From Octopus sinensis (Eukaryota), in contig NC_043005.1 of the NCBI RefSeq assembly GCF_006345805.1, forward strand, positions 73,780,001 to 73,844,000: a stretch of DNA of 64,000 nucleotides. The letters are read 5' to 3'. Below the pieces are notes generated by a model that was not told the DNA's origin, did no database searches, and saw nothing but the letters and a program-made list of their open reading frames with translations. The position numbers were made by a program, and so were the translations under genes. The stretch's first letter is position 1. The number at the start of each line of letters is the position of its first letter. Shown piece after piece: positions 13,623 to 26,927 of this stretch.

Positions 13623-15479
13623 TTAAACACAATTAAAACTCATCTTACTGTTACAACAACTTAGAAAAATATTTTATTGATTGCTATTGTCATTGAGTGA
13701 ATGAAATAGAAGTCGACTCAACAATCATCAATTCACGTCCTACTATGAATGTTTGCTTAGTAAATTAAAAGTATACACATTCACCACCAATTCACGCTTA
13801 TACATTATATGTATATAATTTTACATAAAATACTGGATGGAAGCTCAGATATTCAATATTTCAATGTATATTTACGCATTTGAAAGATACATAAACTTAA
13901 TAAAACCAAGGCTATGTTTCAGACATTTCAATATAACTTTGATAGTATGAATCTGTGTATTTCTTTCAATTTTACGCTCTGGTTGGTATAAAGAGACTTT
14001 TTCATGCTTAACGAATACGAATATTCGAATTGGCTAAGCTGCATTCTCCCTGTAGCTATACGTTGTAATTTATCGGCAGACCGGCGAAGTTAAGCGAAAC
14101 GTGACGGCAGTTAACGAACCAGAAACCAGATGTTTCAATACTCATGCCGTCATACTGAAAACTCTGCATATAACTTCAAGATTTGTTCTATAGCAAGACT
14201 AGATATCTAAAATGTAAAACTATGATTTAATATCGTGTGAGTGTGTATATCGGCATCAAAGCCAAAGTTCGAATAAATAAAGATAAACATTAACACCTGA
14301 TAGAAAATATATAGAATAAAGATCCTACTCGAATAATATAAACGCATAACGCTGGTTTCTTGGTTTCTGATGCGTATATATTCTCCCTGGAGGGGACTCC
14401 GGTCCGTTGCAGAAATATTCCTTTTTCTTTTTCTGCTAGCTGTCTGGATAGGAGAAGCGTTTTACGAAAGAACACAGTCCAGAATCGAAATCACAATCTT
14501 ATGATCAGGAGTCCAAGACCCCTAACCACTGAGCCACACACCTTCATATGGAGAAAAGAAGTAAAACGAAGTCTATAAAATATGAACGTGAACTCTAAAT
14601 CTGTCGCACTCAAAAGCAAGTAATAAGCAATTCTAATCCAGTCGCAGGGTTTCCGTTTTACATTGTTTTCATTGCAATTCAATGTGATATCATATAATAA
14701 TCATGACGATGGGTCGATATAATTATATACATGAGCGAAACGTCTATGTCTACTAAGATGTCTGACTAAGTCAAACTGTAGAAATGTCGAACAGTAATAA
14801 TCTTTTATGTGTTTAGCTTTTACTTGCTTCATTCGTTAGAGTTTGGCCATGCAGGGGCATCATCTTGAAGGATTTTAGGCGAACGATTCGCACTCACACT
14901 AATTGTTTTGTTGTTGTTTTTCTATTTGTGTGTGTGTGTGTGTATTTTTAAGCCTAGTACATATTCTATCGGTCTCTTTTGCGGAACCGCTAGTTACGGG
15001 GACGTAAGCACACCGGTTGTCAAGTGGTGATAGAGAGTACAGACACAAATACAGACACATATACATCTATATAATAATCTGCTTGTTTGTTCGCCCGTTA
15101 TACATTAGTTAGTGATACTCATAAATGCACAAAAAAGCTGCACGTTTGCATTATATTATATATACAATAATAATAAAGGACGTTACCGTATGCATTTTTA
15201 CAAACCAAGGACGTCATATAGACCTCCTTGACTCAAGTTAGAGAAGGGGTGCGTATTGTACACAAGGTTTAGGTTTTTCAGAGGTACAGCCCCCTAAAAA
15301 TCCCCTGCGTATTATACTCAAGGGCGGACTATACTCGAGGATTTTACGGTAGGCAACTCGTGAGGCTCAAATGAGATTCAAATGAGTCTGACGGATAGGT
15401 GAGAAACCAATGGTCACTCTATGACCGGCCATATCATTTAACTTCCTAAAAATATATCTTACTACTCTCTCTTTACTCT

Positions 15480-15681
15480 TTACTCTTTTACTTGTTTCAA
15501 TCATTTGACTGCGGCCATGCTGGAGCACCGCCTTTAATCGAGCAACTCGACCCCGGGACTTATTCTTTTGTAAGCCCAGTACTTATTCTATCGGTCTCTT
15601 TTGCCGAACCGCTAAGTAACGGGGACATAAACACACCAGCATCGGTTGTCAAGCAATTTTAGGGGGACAAACACAAACAGA

Positions 15682-15726
<45 letters not shown>

Positions 15727-15731
15727 CTCTC

Positions 15732-15776
<45 letters not shown>

Positions 15777-15880
15777 TACGACGGGCTTCTTTCAGTTTCC
15801 GTCTACCAAATCCACTCACAAGGCTTTGGTCGACTGAACCCGGAACCATGCTACTTACCACACAGCCACTCCTGCACCTA
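15480..15880 (-). mobile_element. SINE family B (GCAGGAGTGGCTGTGTGGTAAG head, internal microsatellite)
   Basis: Matches copies at 22682, 43951, 58608, 63329; internal (TATC)n/(TA)n. Confidence 0.85.
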
Positions 15881-16338
15881 TGCATTTGTTTCCGGATATA
15901 TATAAACTACTGACGATACATATACTTATCATAAGGAGTATCATAAAGACCGAACATGTAGGCGTTGTTTCTGCTCGTGGGCATATTGTCTGATATAATT
16001 TATACGAGTATTAAATATCTTCATCTCTCTTGTTAACTACGAGAGCTCTTATACCTATATACATAGCGAAGCCTGGCTCATTTTCCTGTTAATTAGAAAG
16101 AGAAAGAAGAACAGCATGTTCGTTGTATTTGTTGTAATGTTTAATACGATTTACATGTACACACTTTGATGTTAATTTAGAATTTATTCATCATCTTGGA
16201 GTAAATTTATATGAAATATATTGCTCTAAGTCCTTATGTATGATTGAAGTACTGTTGTATTAAATTTATCGAATTACATGTTGCTATACCAGAAATTAAT
16301 AGAATTACTACAGCAGCGAAATATGCTTGGAGTTATAT

Positions 16339-16442
16339 AATGTATGTATGTATGTATGTATGTACATATGTATGTATGTATGTATGCATGTATGTATGCA
16401 TGCATGTATGTATGTACGTACGTACGTACGTATGTATATACG

Positions 16443-16473
<31 letters not shown>

Positions 16474-17032
16474 CGGTAGTATGTATTTACGTACGTACGT
16501 ATGTATGTTGTATGTACGTATGTATGTATGTACGTATGTATGTTATGTACGTATGTATGTATGCTGTCAAGTGTAATGCATGCATGTATGTATGTCGTAC
16601 GTACGTACGTATGTATATACGTATGTATGTATGTATGTATGTGTGTATGTACGTACGTATGTATGTACGTACGTACGTATGTATGTATGTATGTACGTAT
16701 GTATGTATGTATGTAGTATGTATGTATGTAGTGTATGTACGTAATACGTATGTATGTATGTACGTATGTATGTACGTACGTACGTACGTACGTACGTACG
16801 TACGTACGTACGTACGTATGTATGTATGTATGTATGTATGTATGTATGTACGTATGTATGTACGTACGTATGTATGTACGTACGTATGTATGTATGTACG
16901 TACGTATGTATGTATGTACGTACGTATGTATGTATGTACGTACGTACGTACGTACGTAAGTATGTATGTATGTATGTATGTATGTACCTATGTATGTATG
17001 TACGTACGTACGTATGTATGTATGTATGTATG
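16339..17032. repeat. (TATG/TACG)n compound microsatellite
   Basis: Direct reading. Confidence 0.97.
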
Positions 17033-17209
17033 TATATAGTTATGTATATATAAAGGAATGAATGAATGAACGTATGTATGCATGAATGAAGGTTTATGTG
17101 TGAGTGTGATGGTGTGTGTATGCATACATAAGTATATGTGTACATACATACTTAAATGCACACATACACACACACAAGCATATTTATATATCGTATGAAT
17201 ATGTAGATT

Positions 17210-17539
17210 TAGCTACATACATGCATACATACATGCATGCATGCATGCATGCAGCATGCATCATGCATGCATACATACATACATACATACATACATACAT
17301 ACATACATACATACATACATGCATGCATGCATACATACATGCATACATGCATACATACATACATACATACATGCATGCATACATACATACATGCATACAT
17401 GCATGCATACATACATGCATGCATGCATACATGCATGCATGCATACATACATACATACATACATGCATGCATACATACATACATACATACATACATACAT
17501 GCATGCATGCATGCATGCATGCATACATACATACATACA

Positions 17540-17568
<29 letters not shown>
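17210..17568. repeat. (CATA/CATG)n compound microsatellite
   Basis: Direct reading; reverse-complement orientation relative to 16339-17032. Confidence 0.97.
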
Positions 17569-17570
<2 letters not shown>

Positions 17571-17861
17571 TCTTTTCAAGTGATACACTATGTTATAGCG
17601 CAGTTTCTCGCTTTTGTGCCTTCGTTCAGGAGACAATATTTCTTCACCATATTGATCTATGTCCAAGAGATTTATTCCATTAGATTTATTCCTTATACTG
17701 CAATCAAGTGGAATGTTAGTCGCACGCAAAACCCACCGCATATTTCTATTTAATTTTTGGCTGTTTGATGTTTCAAAAGTTTTCTCCCTTGCCTAGTCTG
17801 AAAATATTTTTTATTTACATTAATGACTTCTTTTATTGAGAGATATAATTTCAATTAATTA

Positions 17862-18092
17862 AAGGCAGCGAGCTGGCAGAAACGCTAGCACGCCGGGCGA
17901 AATGCTTCGCGATATTTCGTCTGCCGCTACGTTCTGAGTTCAAATTCCGCCGAGGTCGACTTTGCCTTTCATCCTTTCGGGGTCGATAAATCAAGTACCA
18001 GTTACGCACTGGGTCGATATAATCAACTTAATCAGTTTGTCTGTCCTTGTTTGTCCTCTCTGTGTTCAGCCCCTTGTGAGTAATAAAGAAAT
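17862..18092 (+). mobile_element. SINE family A, full copy
   Basis: Head, B-box and tail present; long TSD AGATATAATTTCAATTAATTAAA at 17841-63 / 18093-115. Confidence 0.92.
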
Positions 18093-18191
18093 AGATATAA
18101 TTTCAATTAATTAAAATTGTTTTCGGCTCTTTAATTTAACTATCGTAACCTAATGCAGAAATATTTCAATGTCATTATTTTAATTTGCCCT

Positions 18192-18420
18192 TAGGCGGCG
18201 AGCTGGCTGAATCGTTAGCAAGCCGGGCAAAATGCTTTGCGGCGTTTCGTCCGTCTTCACGTTCTGAGTTCAAATTCCGCTGACGTCGATTTTTGCCTTT
18301 CTTCCTTTCGGGATCGATAAACTAAGTGCCAGTGAAACACTGGCGTCGATGTAATCGACTGGTCCCCCTCCTCCTCCTCCCAAATTTCAGGCCTTGTGTG
18401 CCTTCTGAAGAAGGGACTAT
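18192..18420 (+). mobile_element. SINE family A head/body with alternative 3' tail
   Basis: Tail CCCCCTCC..CAAATTTCAGGCCTTGTG replaces the AAAGAAAT-type tail. Confidence 0.8.
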
Positions 18421-19704
18421 TTTAATTTGTCTGAGAACGACAGGTTCACAGAATTGTTAGAGCGTAGAAAAATTCTTTACAGCATTTCTAATGGGTCTTT
18501 ACGCCCAGAGTTCAAATCCTGCCGAAGACAACATTGTTGTTTATCCTTTTCAAGGCTATATAACAAAGTACCAGCCAAGGACTGAAATTGACCCCATCAG
18601 CTAGCTCTCTCCTCTCAACACTGCTGGCTTTCTTTCTAAATTAGAAACACTTGAAGTGGCCCAGTCAATGAATGCTCATCATTTAAAAGCTATTTGTATC
18701 AGCCATTCTGAACTCTTCGAAATCATTCGGTAGACTGTGTTTTACTCTAAAGTATATGTATATATAGGCTTTAGACAGGGGGTGGAAGCGCACCCACTAA
18801 AATTGGGGGAGGGGGATGCAAACGCTTTGAACATCTTCCTGAAAGACATCATCGACAAAACGAATGAGAGTAGGTACATTTTTAGACTTATTTGAAACAT
18901 TCCTTTTCCATTGGATTTATCTGAGGCGGCGAACTGGCAGAATACAGAGTTGAGCATATCTTCAAGATTCGTTGTTTGCTTGCGTGATGATAGACTTGTC
19001 TTTTCAAGCGGAAACAGAACCAAACAAGCACTTGGGGGCGACTATTCCCTTCCTCCAAAATTCCAAGCCCTGTGCCTACAGCAGAAAGATTTATCATACC
19101 TGTTTGTTTTGATAAGATTGAAAAGAAAATGACCTTGTGTGCAAAACATTTTGGACCTGGGTTTGCACCTCTTAAGCAAATTTATTTCCCGCACTTATGT
19201 ATGTATATTGAGTTCTAACAACTAGTTACAAGCATCGCTGTGCCTAAATGAAACCATAAAAACGTTATTATTACTATGATTATTTTTATTATAAACGAAA
19301 CCATGTAATCGCTATTAGAGCACGAAAAAAATCACTAAAACATCATTAAAAAATTCATGCTTCTCTGTGTGATCCTTCTTTTGCACAGAAATGTTAACAC
19401 TTTTTATATGAATTAGGCTACATTGATAAATCGAAATATTGTTAAAATTATCGATGTTATAAAACAACAGTGTTATGTTATGTACATAAACATAATATCG
19501 ATATTTTATGTTGCCACAATTCCACAAGTTTATAAGAGTGGTAATATAGTTAATGTATTACTGGATATCAACGAACATTGAACTTAAGAACGTAGGAGGA
19601 CAAAAATATTTTTGATAAAATCTCTTACTCGGCTGCTCCACAAGTTCTGCAAATTCGTCAGTTTCGACATGACATTTTACGGCTTGAGTTATTTTACGTT
19701 GTAA

Positions 19705-20105
19705 CTAGCAGTATAGCCCAGCGTTGCTCGGGCTTGTTTTCTTTTTGACCCTATAGAATTGGAATTTTTGAAAAGTAAAAATTTTGCATTATGTAGCTCG
19801 TTATTCTCTTTAAGTGAACATTTTTCTGGTTGAAATATACCAAAAAATGGCGACACAGTAGTTAAAAGATCGTAAAAAATAGGGATTTTCATAGAAAAAA
19901 AAGCACCTTATTTATGTAAATAATTTTTGGTATTAACATGGTCCGATTTGAATTTTTTCTTCTACGGAAGGAAGAGCAAGCCTTCTTCTATCATACTCTC
20001 AATTTTGGTCAACTTGCGCCACAGGGTCTCGGAGGAAATAGTGTTAGTTGAAGGCTACCAAACCTGCCACACACAGACAACTTCAGTTTTATATATATAT
20101 ATAGA
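19705..20105 (-). mobile_element. Non-autonomous Helitron-like element
   Basis: Minus strand begins TCTATATATA and ends with hairpin CCCGAGCAACGCTGGG plus CTAG; A|T insertion context. Confidence 0.8.
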
Positions 20106-20829
20106 TATATAGATTCAGAATGAAAACTATCAGTGGTTCATAGCTCGGCTAATTGACTGCAACCAGATGTGATACAAATAATCTACAGTTCGGATTCCTG
20201 TACTAGTACTGAGCTGTTGGTAATGACCCGGCTATCGAGTTTTGTTTGAAAAATATATCTAAGTACCATTTTCAGATACAGTTGATTACTGTTAACATTG
20301 CTGTTACTGTTTAATGAAGAAGCTTTTAACTTGCATGATTTGAGCTAAGTGTTTATAGTGAGGCTATCTTTGGGTAATTTTTCTACTAAACACACCATTA
20401 CTTCCTACATACAATACAATGACTCTTTTAAGTGAATATGAAACAACTGTATCAAATCGATAAATCTCATGGTGTTAGAAATGCTACTATCTTTATTTTT
20501 TCATTGTCTAGGGAGTGTTAAATGTATGTTATGTTAATAAGAAAAATAAAGATACAATATAATGAATGGCCGGCGACATTCACTGCAGTAGCCACTCCTA
20601 CTCGTGGGGCACATTTCTCCGACGGGCGCCGATATCTCTATTTTGCGGGCTGTCCATCAACACTCCCCGCCGTCTTCCGCAGATTTGTATACCCCCTCTT
20701 TTTCTCCTTTTTCTTCTTTTCTTTTTTTTAAGTGTTTGTAATAAATGTCTCTACTTCAACAAGATTTTTAAAAACGCAACATTTTTACACACACACACAC
20801 ACACACTTACACGCGCGCGGGTTACTCCA

Positions 20830-22600
20830 ACCGAAGTTGTTCTCAAGGGCTTTGTTCATGGAATACACACAGATTTGGTGCATAGTGTCTAGGCCAGTAG
20901 TGAATGATGCACAGTTCGGAAAGGTTATGGTAGAGTGAAGTATCACTTCACCTGCATATACCGTGACAGCACTTAAGTTATTGATGTACAGAAAGAAGAG
21001 AGTAGGTGACAAAACCAAACTCTGGAGCACGCCAGATTTGATTGCGAAAAAAAACCCAGAAAGACCGCAATTTACACATGCCATGGCTTTGTGATGGATA
21101 CAAGAGATGAGAAATGACTGAAGCCTGTGAGTGGAAATCTCTGACAAGAGATTCGCATGCTCGATATGGTCGAAGAAATTACTGATATCCAATGCAACAA
21201 CATTGCTTTCATTGAATTTCTCTAAAATAAAACCCACTGATGAAGGATCTAAGAAAGTAGGTCTTAATAAGGCGGCGAGCCGGCAGAAACATTAGCACGC
21301 CGGGCGAAATGCGTAGCCGTATTTCGTCTGCCGTTGCGTTCTGAGTTCAAATTCCGCCGAGGACGACTTTACCTTTCATCCTTTCGGGTTCGATTAAATA
21401 AGTGCCAGTTACGGACTGGGGTCGATATAATCGACCTAATCCGTGTGTCTGTTCTTGTTTGTACTCTCTGTGTTTAGCCCCTTGTGGGTAGTAAATAAAT
21501 AGGTATTTCGTCTGCCGTTGCGTTCTGAGTTCAAATTCTGCCGAGGACGACTTTACCGTTCATCCTTTCGGGGTCGATTAAATAAGTACCAGTTACTTAT
21601 TTGTCTGTCCTTGTTTGTCTCCTCTGTGTTTAGCCCCTTGTGGGCAGTAAAGAAATAGGTCTTAAATGGATCTGGTTCTACGGAAGTCATTGAAGAGATT
21701 CACGGTGTTGGAGAACATCAATGTTAATGGCTGACACCAATACCTTAGAGATATTAGAAGTGAGAGAAATAGAATATTGGATGAGGCAGAGGAGTTGCCT
21801 TTCTTCGGAATGGAACACCCTGCGGTACATTTTCAAATGCCAGGACATATCCCGACAGTGAGTGGGCGATAAAATGTTTGGTGAGTATAGGAACGATATC
21901 CGATGAGCATTATTTGAGTGCAATGGAAGGGACATTGTCATGGCCTGTAGCTTTGATGATTTGAGGCAAACGACGTGGTGGGAGTGTTCTCATTTGAAGT
22001 GTGTGTGTGTATGAGGTGAAAAGCCTGGTTGAGAGGAATGAATAGATTTGAGTTCGATTGGTTAAGTCTATGCAGCATGAAGTTGGATTCGATGAGGGTA
22101 GCGAAGATTGAGATTCATGGAGACACTACTCTATTTCATTAAGATTTGCCTTAAAGGCATCACAAAGAGTAGATTGCGGGTTGGACACATACATTAATGA
22201 GGTGAATGATGAAAAAAGGGTGATATTGATGGGAGAAACAAAGAACTTGAACCTGTCACTACAGTTTTCGCAATTATTGGAGTTAATAGTCCATTACAAA
22301 TAATAACATACAATAACATACAATAAAATATTCAATATACAATCAACACTAATCCATTTACAAATGAGGCGTTGAGCCTCTTACACATTATAACACTGAG
22401 GCTTTTCAACCTCTTGCATGGAGACACTACTCACAAAACCGACATTGACATGAAGAAAGGGAATCTTTCACAAAGTTGTCGGAGATTTTTTTGTCAAGAG
22501 ACCAGAAGGATTGATTGCAAGTCAGATGGCAGGAGAGCCTGCGATCTAAACAAATGGGAAATCATAGTAGTTTTTCTTTTCTTAATGTATAAAACAATTT
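20830..22600 (-). mobile_element. Degenerate CR1/L2/Jockey-group LINE ORF2 remnant interrupted by a SINE dimer
   Basis: ESNVVALDISNFFDHIEH..SGVLQSLVLSPTLFFLYINNL..YAGEVILHS are decayed RT motifs (LDISKAFD, GVPQGSVLSP, YADD). The upstream extent is approximate. Confidence 0.75.
21268..21660 (+). mobile_element. SINE family A tandem dimer (head + body-tail x2)
   Basis: Tail GTAAATAAATA is joined to GGTATTTCGTCTGCCG at 21501/21502; TSD-like TAGGTCTTAA at 21258-67 / 21656-65. Confidence 0.9.
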
Positions 22601-22681
22601 GAACTCTGTGATTGTTCCTGATCCCCTTGGTAAAATAATTTACTAAAACTATTTTCTGCTATTTAGAGCTAACTTTACACT

Positions 22682-22898
22682 TTTACTTGTTTCAGTCATT
22701 TGACTGTAGCCATACTGGAGCACCGCCGTCAGTCGAGCAAATCAACCCCAGGACTTATTCTTTGTAAGCCTAGTACTTATTCTACCGGTCTCTTTTGCCG
22801 AACTGCTATGTTACGGGGACGTAAACACACCAGCATCGGTTGTCAAGCGATGTTGGGGGTTCAAACACAGACACACAAACATATACACACACATGCAA

Positions 22899-22943
<45 letters not shown>

Positions 22944-23101
22944 GACGGGTTCTTTCAGTTTCCGTCTACCAAATCCACTCACAAGGCTTTGGTTGGCCAG
23001 AGGCTATAGTAGAAGACACTTGTCCAAGGTGCCACGCAGTGGGACTGAACCCAGAACCATGTGGTTGGTAAGCAAGCTACTTACCACACTGCCACTCCTG
23101 C
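22682..23101 (-). mobile_element. SINE family B, full copy
   Basis: Head GCAGGAGTGGCAGTGTGGTAAG, internal (TA)n, tail GACTGAAACAAGTAAAAG. Confidence 0.9.
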
Positions 23102-23203
23102 TAAATATTATATTTATGTAGTTGTAAAAGCTGATTTGGGGTTGAGTAACCTGAAAATAAACCATATTTTAAATCATTTCACATTCAATATTTATATCTT
23201 AAT

Positions 23204-23409
23204 AAGGCAGCGAGCTGGCAGAAACGCCGGGCTAAATGATTAGTGGTATTTCCTCTGTTTTTACGTTGTGATTTCAAATTCTGCCGTGATCGACTTTGCC
23301 TTTTATCCTTTCGGAGTCGATAAATTAAATACTAGTTGCGTACCGGGGTCGATCTAATTGGCTGGCCTCCTCCCCAAGAATTTCGGTCCTTGTGTCTAGA
23401 GTAGAAAAG
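23204..23409 (+). mobile_element. SINE family A with alternative tail
   Basis: Tail GAATTTCGGTCCTTGTGTCTAGAGTAGAAAAG; 17-bp TSD (1 mismatch) at 23187-203 / 23410-26. Confidence 0.88.
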
Positions 23410-24790
23410 AATATTTATATCATAATGCCGTGTCGGGTAAACTAGAAATGACTTAAGGGAAACTATTTCGAGACTATGTTTAGGTCACCTGTTGTCCTTA
23501 ATGGTTCTAGGAAACTAGGAAAGTTCGCCGCAAACATTTTTGCAGCAGGAAAATTCGCCTCGGGATTTTTGGCCGTAGGAAAGTTAGCTGCCTAAGAAAT
23601 TTCGCTGCAAGACAATTTTGTCGAAAAACAAAAGATGAGTTGCCCCTTTTGTTTCAACCAATAAGAAAGGGTAAAGCAAATGGATCTGGTTAATTTCATT
23701 CGCAAAGTCAGCCCCATTTAAATTTGCTATCCTATTCTATAAACAAAGTTAAGATCATCAACTAATTTCACTCCGCCTCTGCTAGTTCCCACTTGACAGA
23801 TCATTGTAATTGGTTGGCTACACAAAAGAACATTATCGAATGATACCGTGCGACGAGATACGAATAGAGTACTCTGGATTTAGCAGAGGCTTGTATCCAA
23901 TTGAGTGAGGCAGCTATATCTCTCTGGCCAGTTATTAAAGCTGGATTATTTATACTCTTATGCTCCACTTCTGAAGACATCGTTCTATGTCAATGTCAGC
24001 ACAACACACTGGACGAACAAAGCCAGCATTAATTTCCAGACGCATCTCAACGAAAAAGAGATGGAAAACGAGAAAAAATAACTATCCATCATTATTTCTA
24101 CCATCGAAATTGCTCAATATTTATGGCCACTTAATATTCTCTCACGTTTAGACTATCTCCATATTTGGCTTATGTTCAGAACTTGCTATTTCCCCAAAAT
24201 TCATTTTGAAAATGTACGAAAATTACAAGTTTGCCCGTGTTAAAAATAACACACTGTTGATGAAAATTCTATTTCCTCGTACTTTGAGAAAATTAATACC
24301 GTTGCCGTAAAAAGATAGAAAATTATCACTGCTGATCTATGAAAAGAGTTCTTGTAGAGAAGAAATACATGATCCTACTTAGAATTGTCATATTTGTTTC
24401 ATTCAAGGCAATAATAGAATGAAATGAGCTGTTAAAAAAGTAATCTTTTTTTTCTTTTCCTTAAAAAGGTGTTACTTCTCTGTCAGCTAAAAACCAGTAT
24501 TTGAATTATTGTTAGGTTATCCATTAAGACATCTTACAAAATAACAGCCCAGAACACATGAAAACGAAGAAATAACTTTACATTATTACCTAAATATGTT
24601 CATCTGACATTTTTTATCTGTCTCTCCTTCCTCTTTCTTTGTTCCCCTCCTCTCTCCCCTCTCTTTCTCTCTACACATACATACATATATATATATAATA
24701 TATATATATATATAATATGCATATACATTTATAAGCGTACAAATACTATACATAATTATGTATCTCTATCTGTCTATATATATATATATA

Positions 24791-25320
24791 TTCTATAATT
24801 ATAAGCATAATTATAATTAGGGTTCAGCAAAAATTGCTTCACACATACCGAAATTTAGAAATAGCAGTTAAACTACTATTCCACTACCATAAGTTATCTC
24901 CCACACAGTAATTCTCTCACCTCGCGCAGGGAAAGAAAAAATAACGAATCCACCCACCCGGCTTTGATTAACTATATACGCGTTTCTAGGTTAAAGAGAT
25001 GTAAAAAGATGTGAAATCATATTTCTACTCACTTACTCCCGTCATCAGTATAGTATTTCAATTTTAAATTTGAGAGCACTGATGATTAACATACGCACTC
25101 GACCAAGCGTCATCAAGCAGCATATATCCAAAACACAATACTTCCGAATTCAAAACAGAAGAATGAGATCTCGCTTTCCTCCTCAATCACCCACGAGTGC
25201 CACGACTAATTCCGCAGAATTATACTTATAATTATAGAATTTTTGTATAAGGTTCCCGATAATGGTTCTTTTAACATACCGAACTACTTGGTAAAATTAT
25301 TAATTATTATTATTGATAAT
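24791..25320. mobile_element. Second hammerhead-containing repeat with inverted terminal arm, in (TA)n
   Basis: Left arm 24791-25217 (sense = minus), right arm 25218-25320 (sense = plus); 22-nt overlap (21/22); segmental similarity to the 545-bp unit. Confidence 0.8.
24971..25054 (-). ncRNA. Putative type I hammerhead ribozyme with long stem II
   Basis: Minus strand: ACUAUA-CUGAUGA-[55 nt]-GAAAC-GC-GUA-UAUAGU; perfect 6-bp stem I, palindromic ACGCGU stem III, GUA cleavage triplet. Confidence 0.8.
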
Positions 25321-25335
25321 ATATATATATATATC

Positions 25336-25380
<45 letters not shown>

Positions 25381-25734
25381 TATGAATAAGGAAAAGAATG
25401 ATTTCACTGGTAGTTCTAATCAGTTTAATTTGTATTTTTTCATTTTTTAATAATATAAATTTTAGTTCATAGATCTATGAACTGAAATTTATATATTAAA
25501 AAAATATTTTAATAATAAATTAAGCCGATTAGAACTACCAGAGAAATCATTCTTTTTTTTTTTCAAAGATGCCGAGCTGTACTAAGGATCTCACATATTT
25601 TCAGTACACACACACACAATATATATAGAGAGAGAAATAAAATTTAAAACATACTAACCACACCCACCACACCACACACACACACCCACACACACCCACA
25701 CACACACCACCACACACACACACACACACCACAC

Positions 25735-25953
25735 ACACACATACATACATACATACATACCTACATACATACATACATACATACATACATACATACATAC
25801 ATACATACATACATACATACATACATACATACATACATACATACATACATACATACATACATACATACATACATACATACATACATACATACATACATAC
25901 ATACATACATACATACATACATACATACATACATACATACATACATACATACA
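25735..25953. repeat. (CATA)n microsatellite
   Basis: Direct reading. Confidence 0.98.
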
Positions 25954-26059
25954 TGGTAGAAATCAACCCGTGACCGAGTAAGACCACTTTGATCTCTCAG
26001 TCGCTGAAGATATCTCATATTGTTCCTAAGGTCTGCAAGGTACCTAGAAGCCATTTAAC

Positions 26060-26650
26060 ACCGACCACAAATCAGCACTTTCACCACCACCACCCCCGAC
26101 CATATGGAAGTTGGGACCTAGTGGCCGAGTGAGTCCACTGGTTGACATACTATGATACACAAGGTGCGCGAGAGAACATTATAGATATTACATTGGTAGA
26201 CGGGGTTACCTCCGTGGCCACGCTCGCGGCTGTGTAGGCCTGCCTTTGAGATGCAGACATAACCACACTGGTCATACGACAGTGTCTGTTTCGTGGCCTT
26301 CTTAAGGAGGGGGTTCACATCCTCCATATATTTATCACCACGTTTCAACTCAATGTATGCAACCTTGTTTTCGAATTCTTTAAGACCTATAGCAATCAGA
26401 TTAATCCACGGCGCTCTATCGGATGCAAGATCTTCCCAGGGGTTAGTATCGACTTTGATAATCTTTTTAAGAGTATCTTTAAGATTGTCTCTGAAACGAT
26501 TGCGTAGCTTGCACGGGAATGTTTTCCTGGCTCTATCACACCATATACCACCTGTTTTGACACGCGGATGTCCTCTAAATGGACAGAATGACCAGACCAT
26601 CTGAATTTGTGGTCCATAATCATGAGAATGAAGAACTCCTAGTTTCTCGT
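26060..26650 (-). mobile_element. 5'-truncated RTE (BovB-like) LINE 3' end
   Basis: FRWSGHSVHLEDIRVSKQVVYG, RFRDNLKDTLKK..WEDLASDRAPW and terminal CGYVCISKAGLHSRERGH zinc-finger-like motif. Confidence 0.85.
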
Positions 26651-26927
26651 TATAACTTCCTTGCAGGAGAAAGTAAAATCGTATAAAAAAATTGAAATTC
26701 AATTGGTTTTCTGGTTGTTTCAACCTCTATTGTGCCACTGGTTTCGTATGGTCGTTGTAGATGATTGCACAGAAAAAAGGAGAGTATATTTTAGATTAAA
26801 AAAGAACTTTATCTTAATTTTGAAGAATAAAAGAAATATAAATAACCGCATTATTTATGACATGACGCAATATATGTGTATATATACATATGTATTATGT
26901 ATATATCTCTGTGCACTCATATATATA

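Noticed and set aside
16244-17753. Long ORFs of MYVC/HTYI repeats (also 25601-26054, 39152-41602, 49847-50289)
   Set aside because: Translations of stop-free microsatellites.
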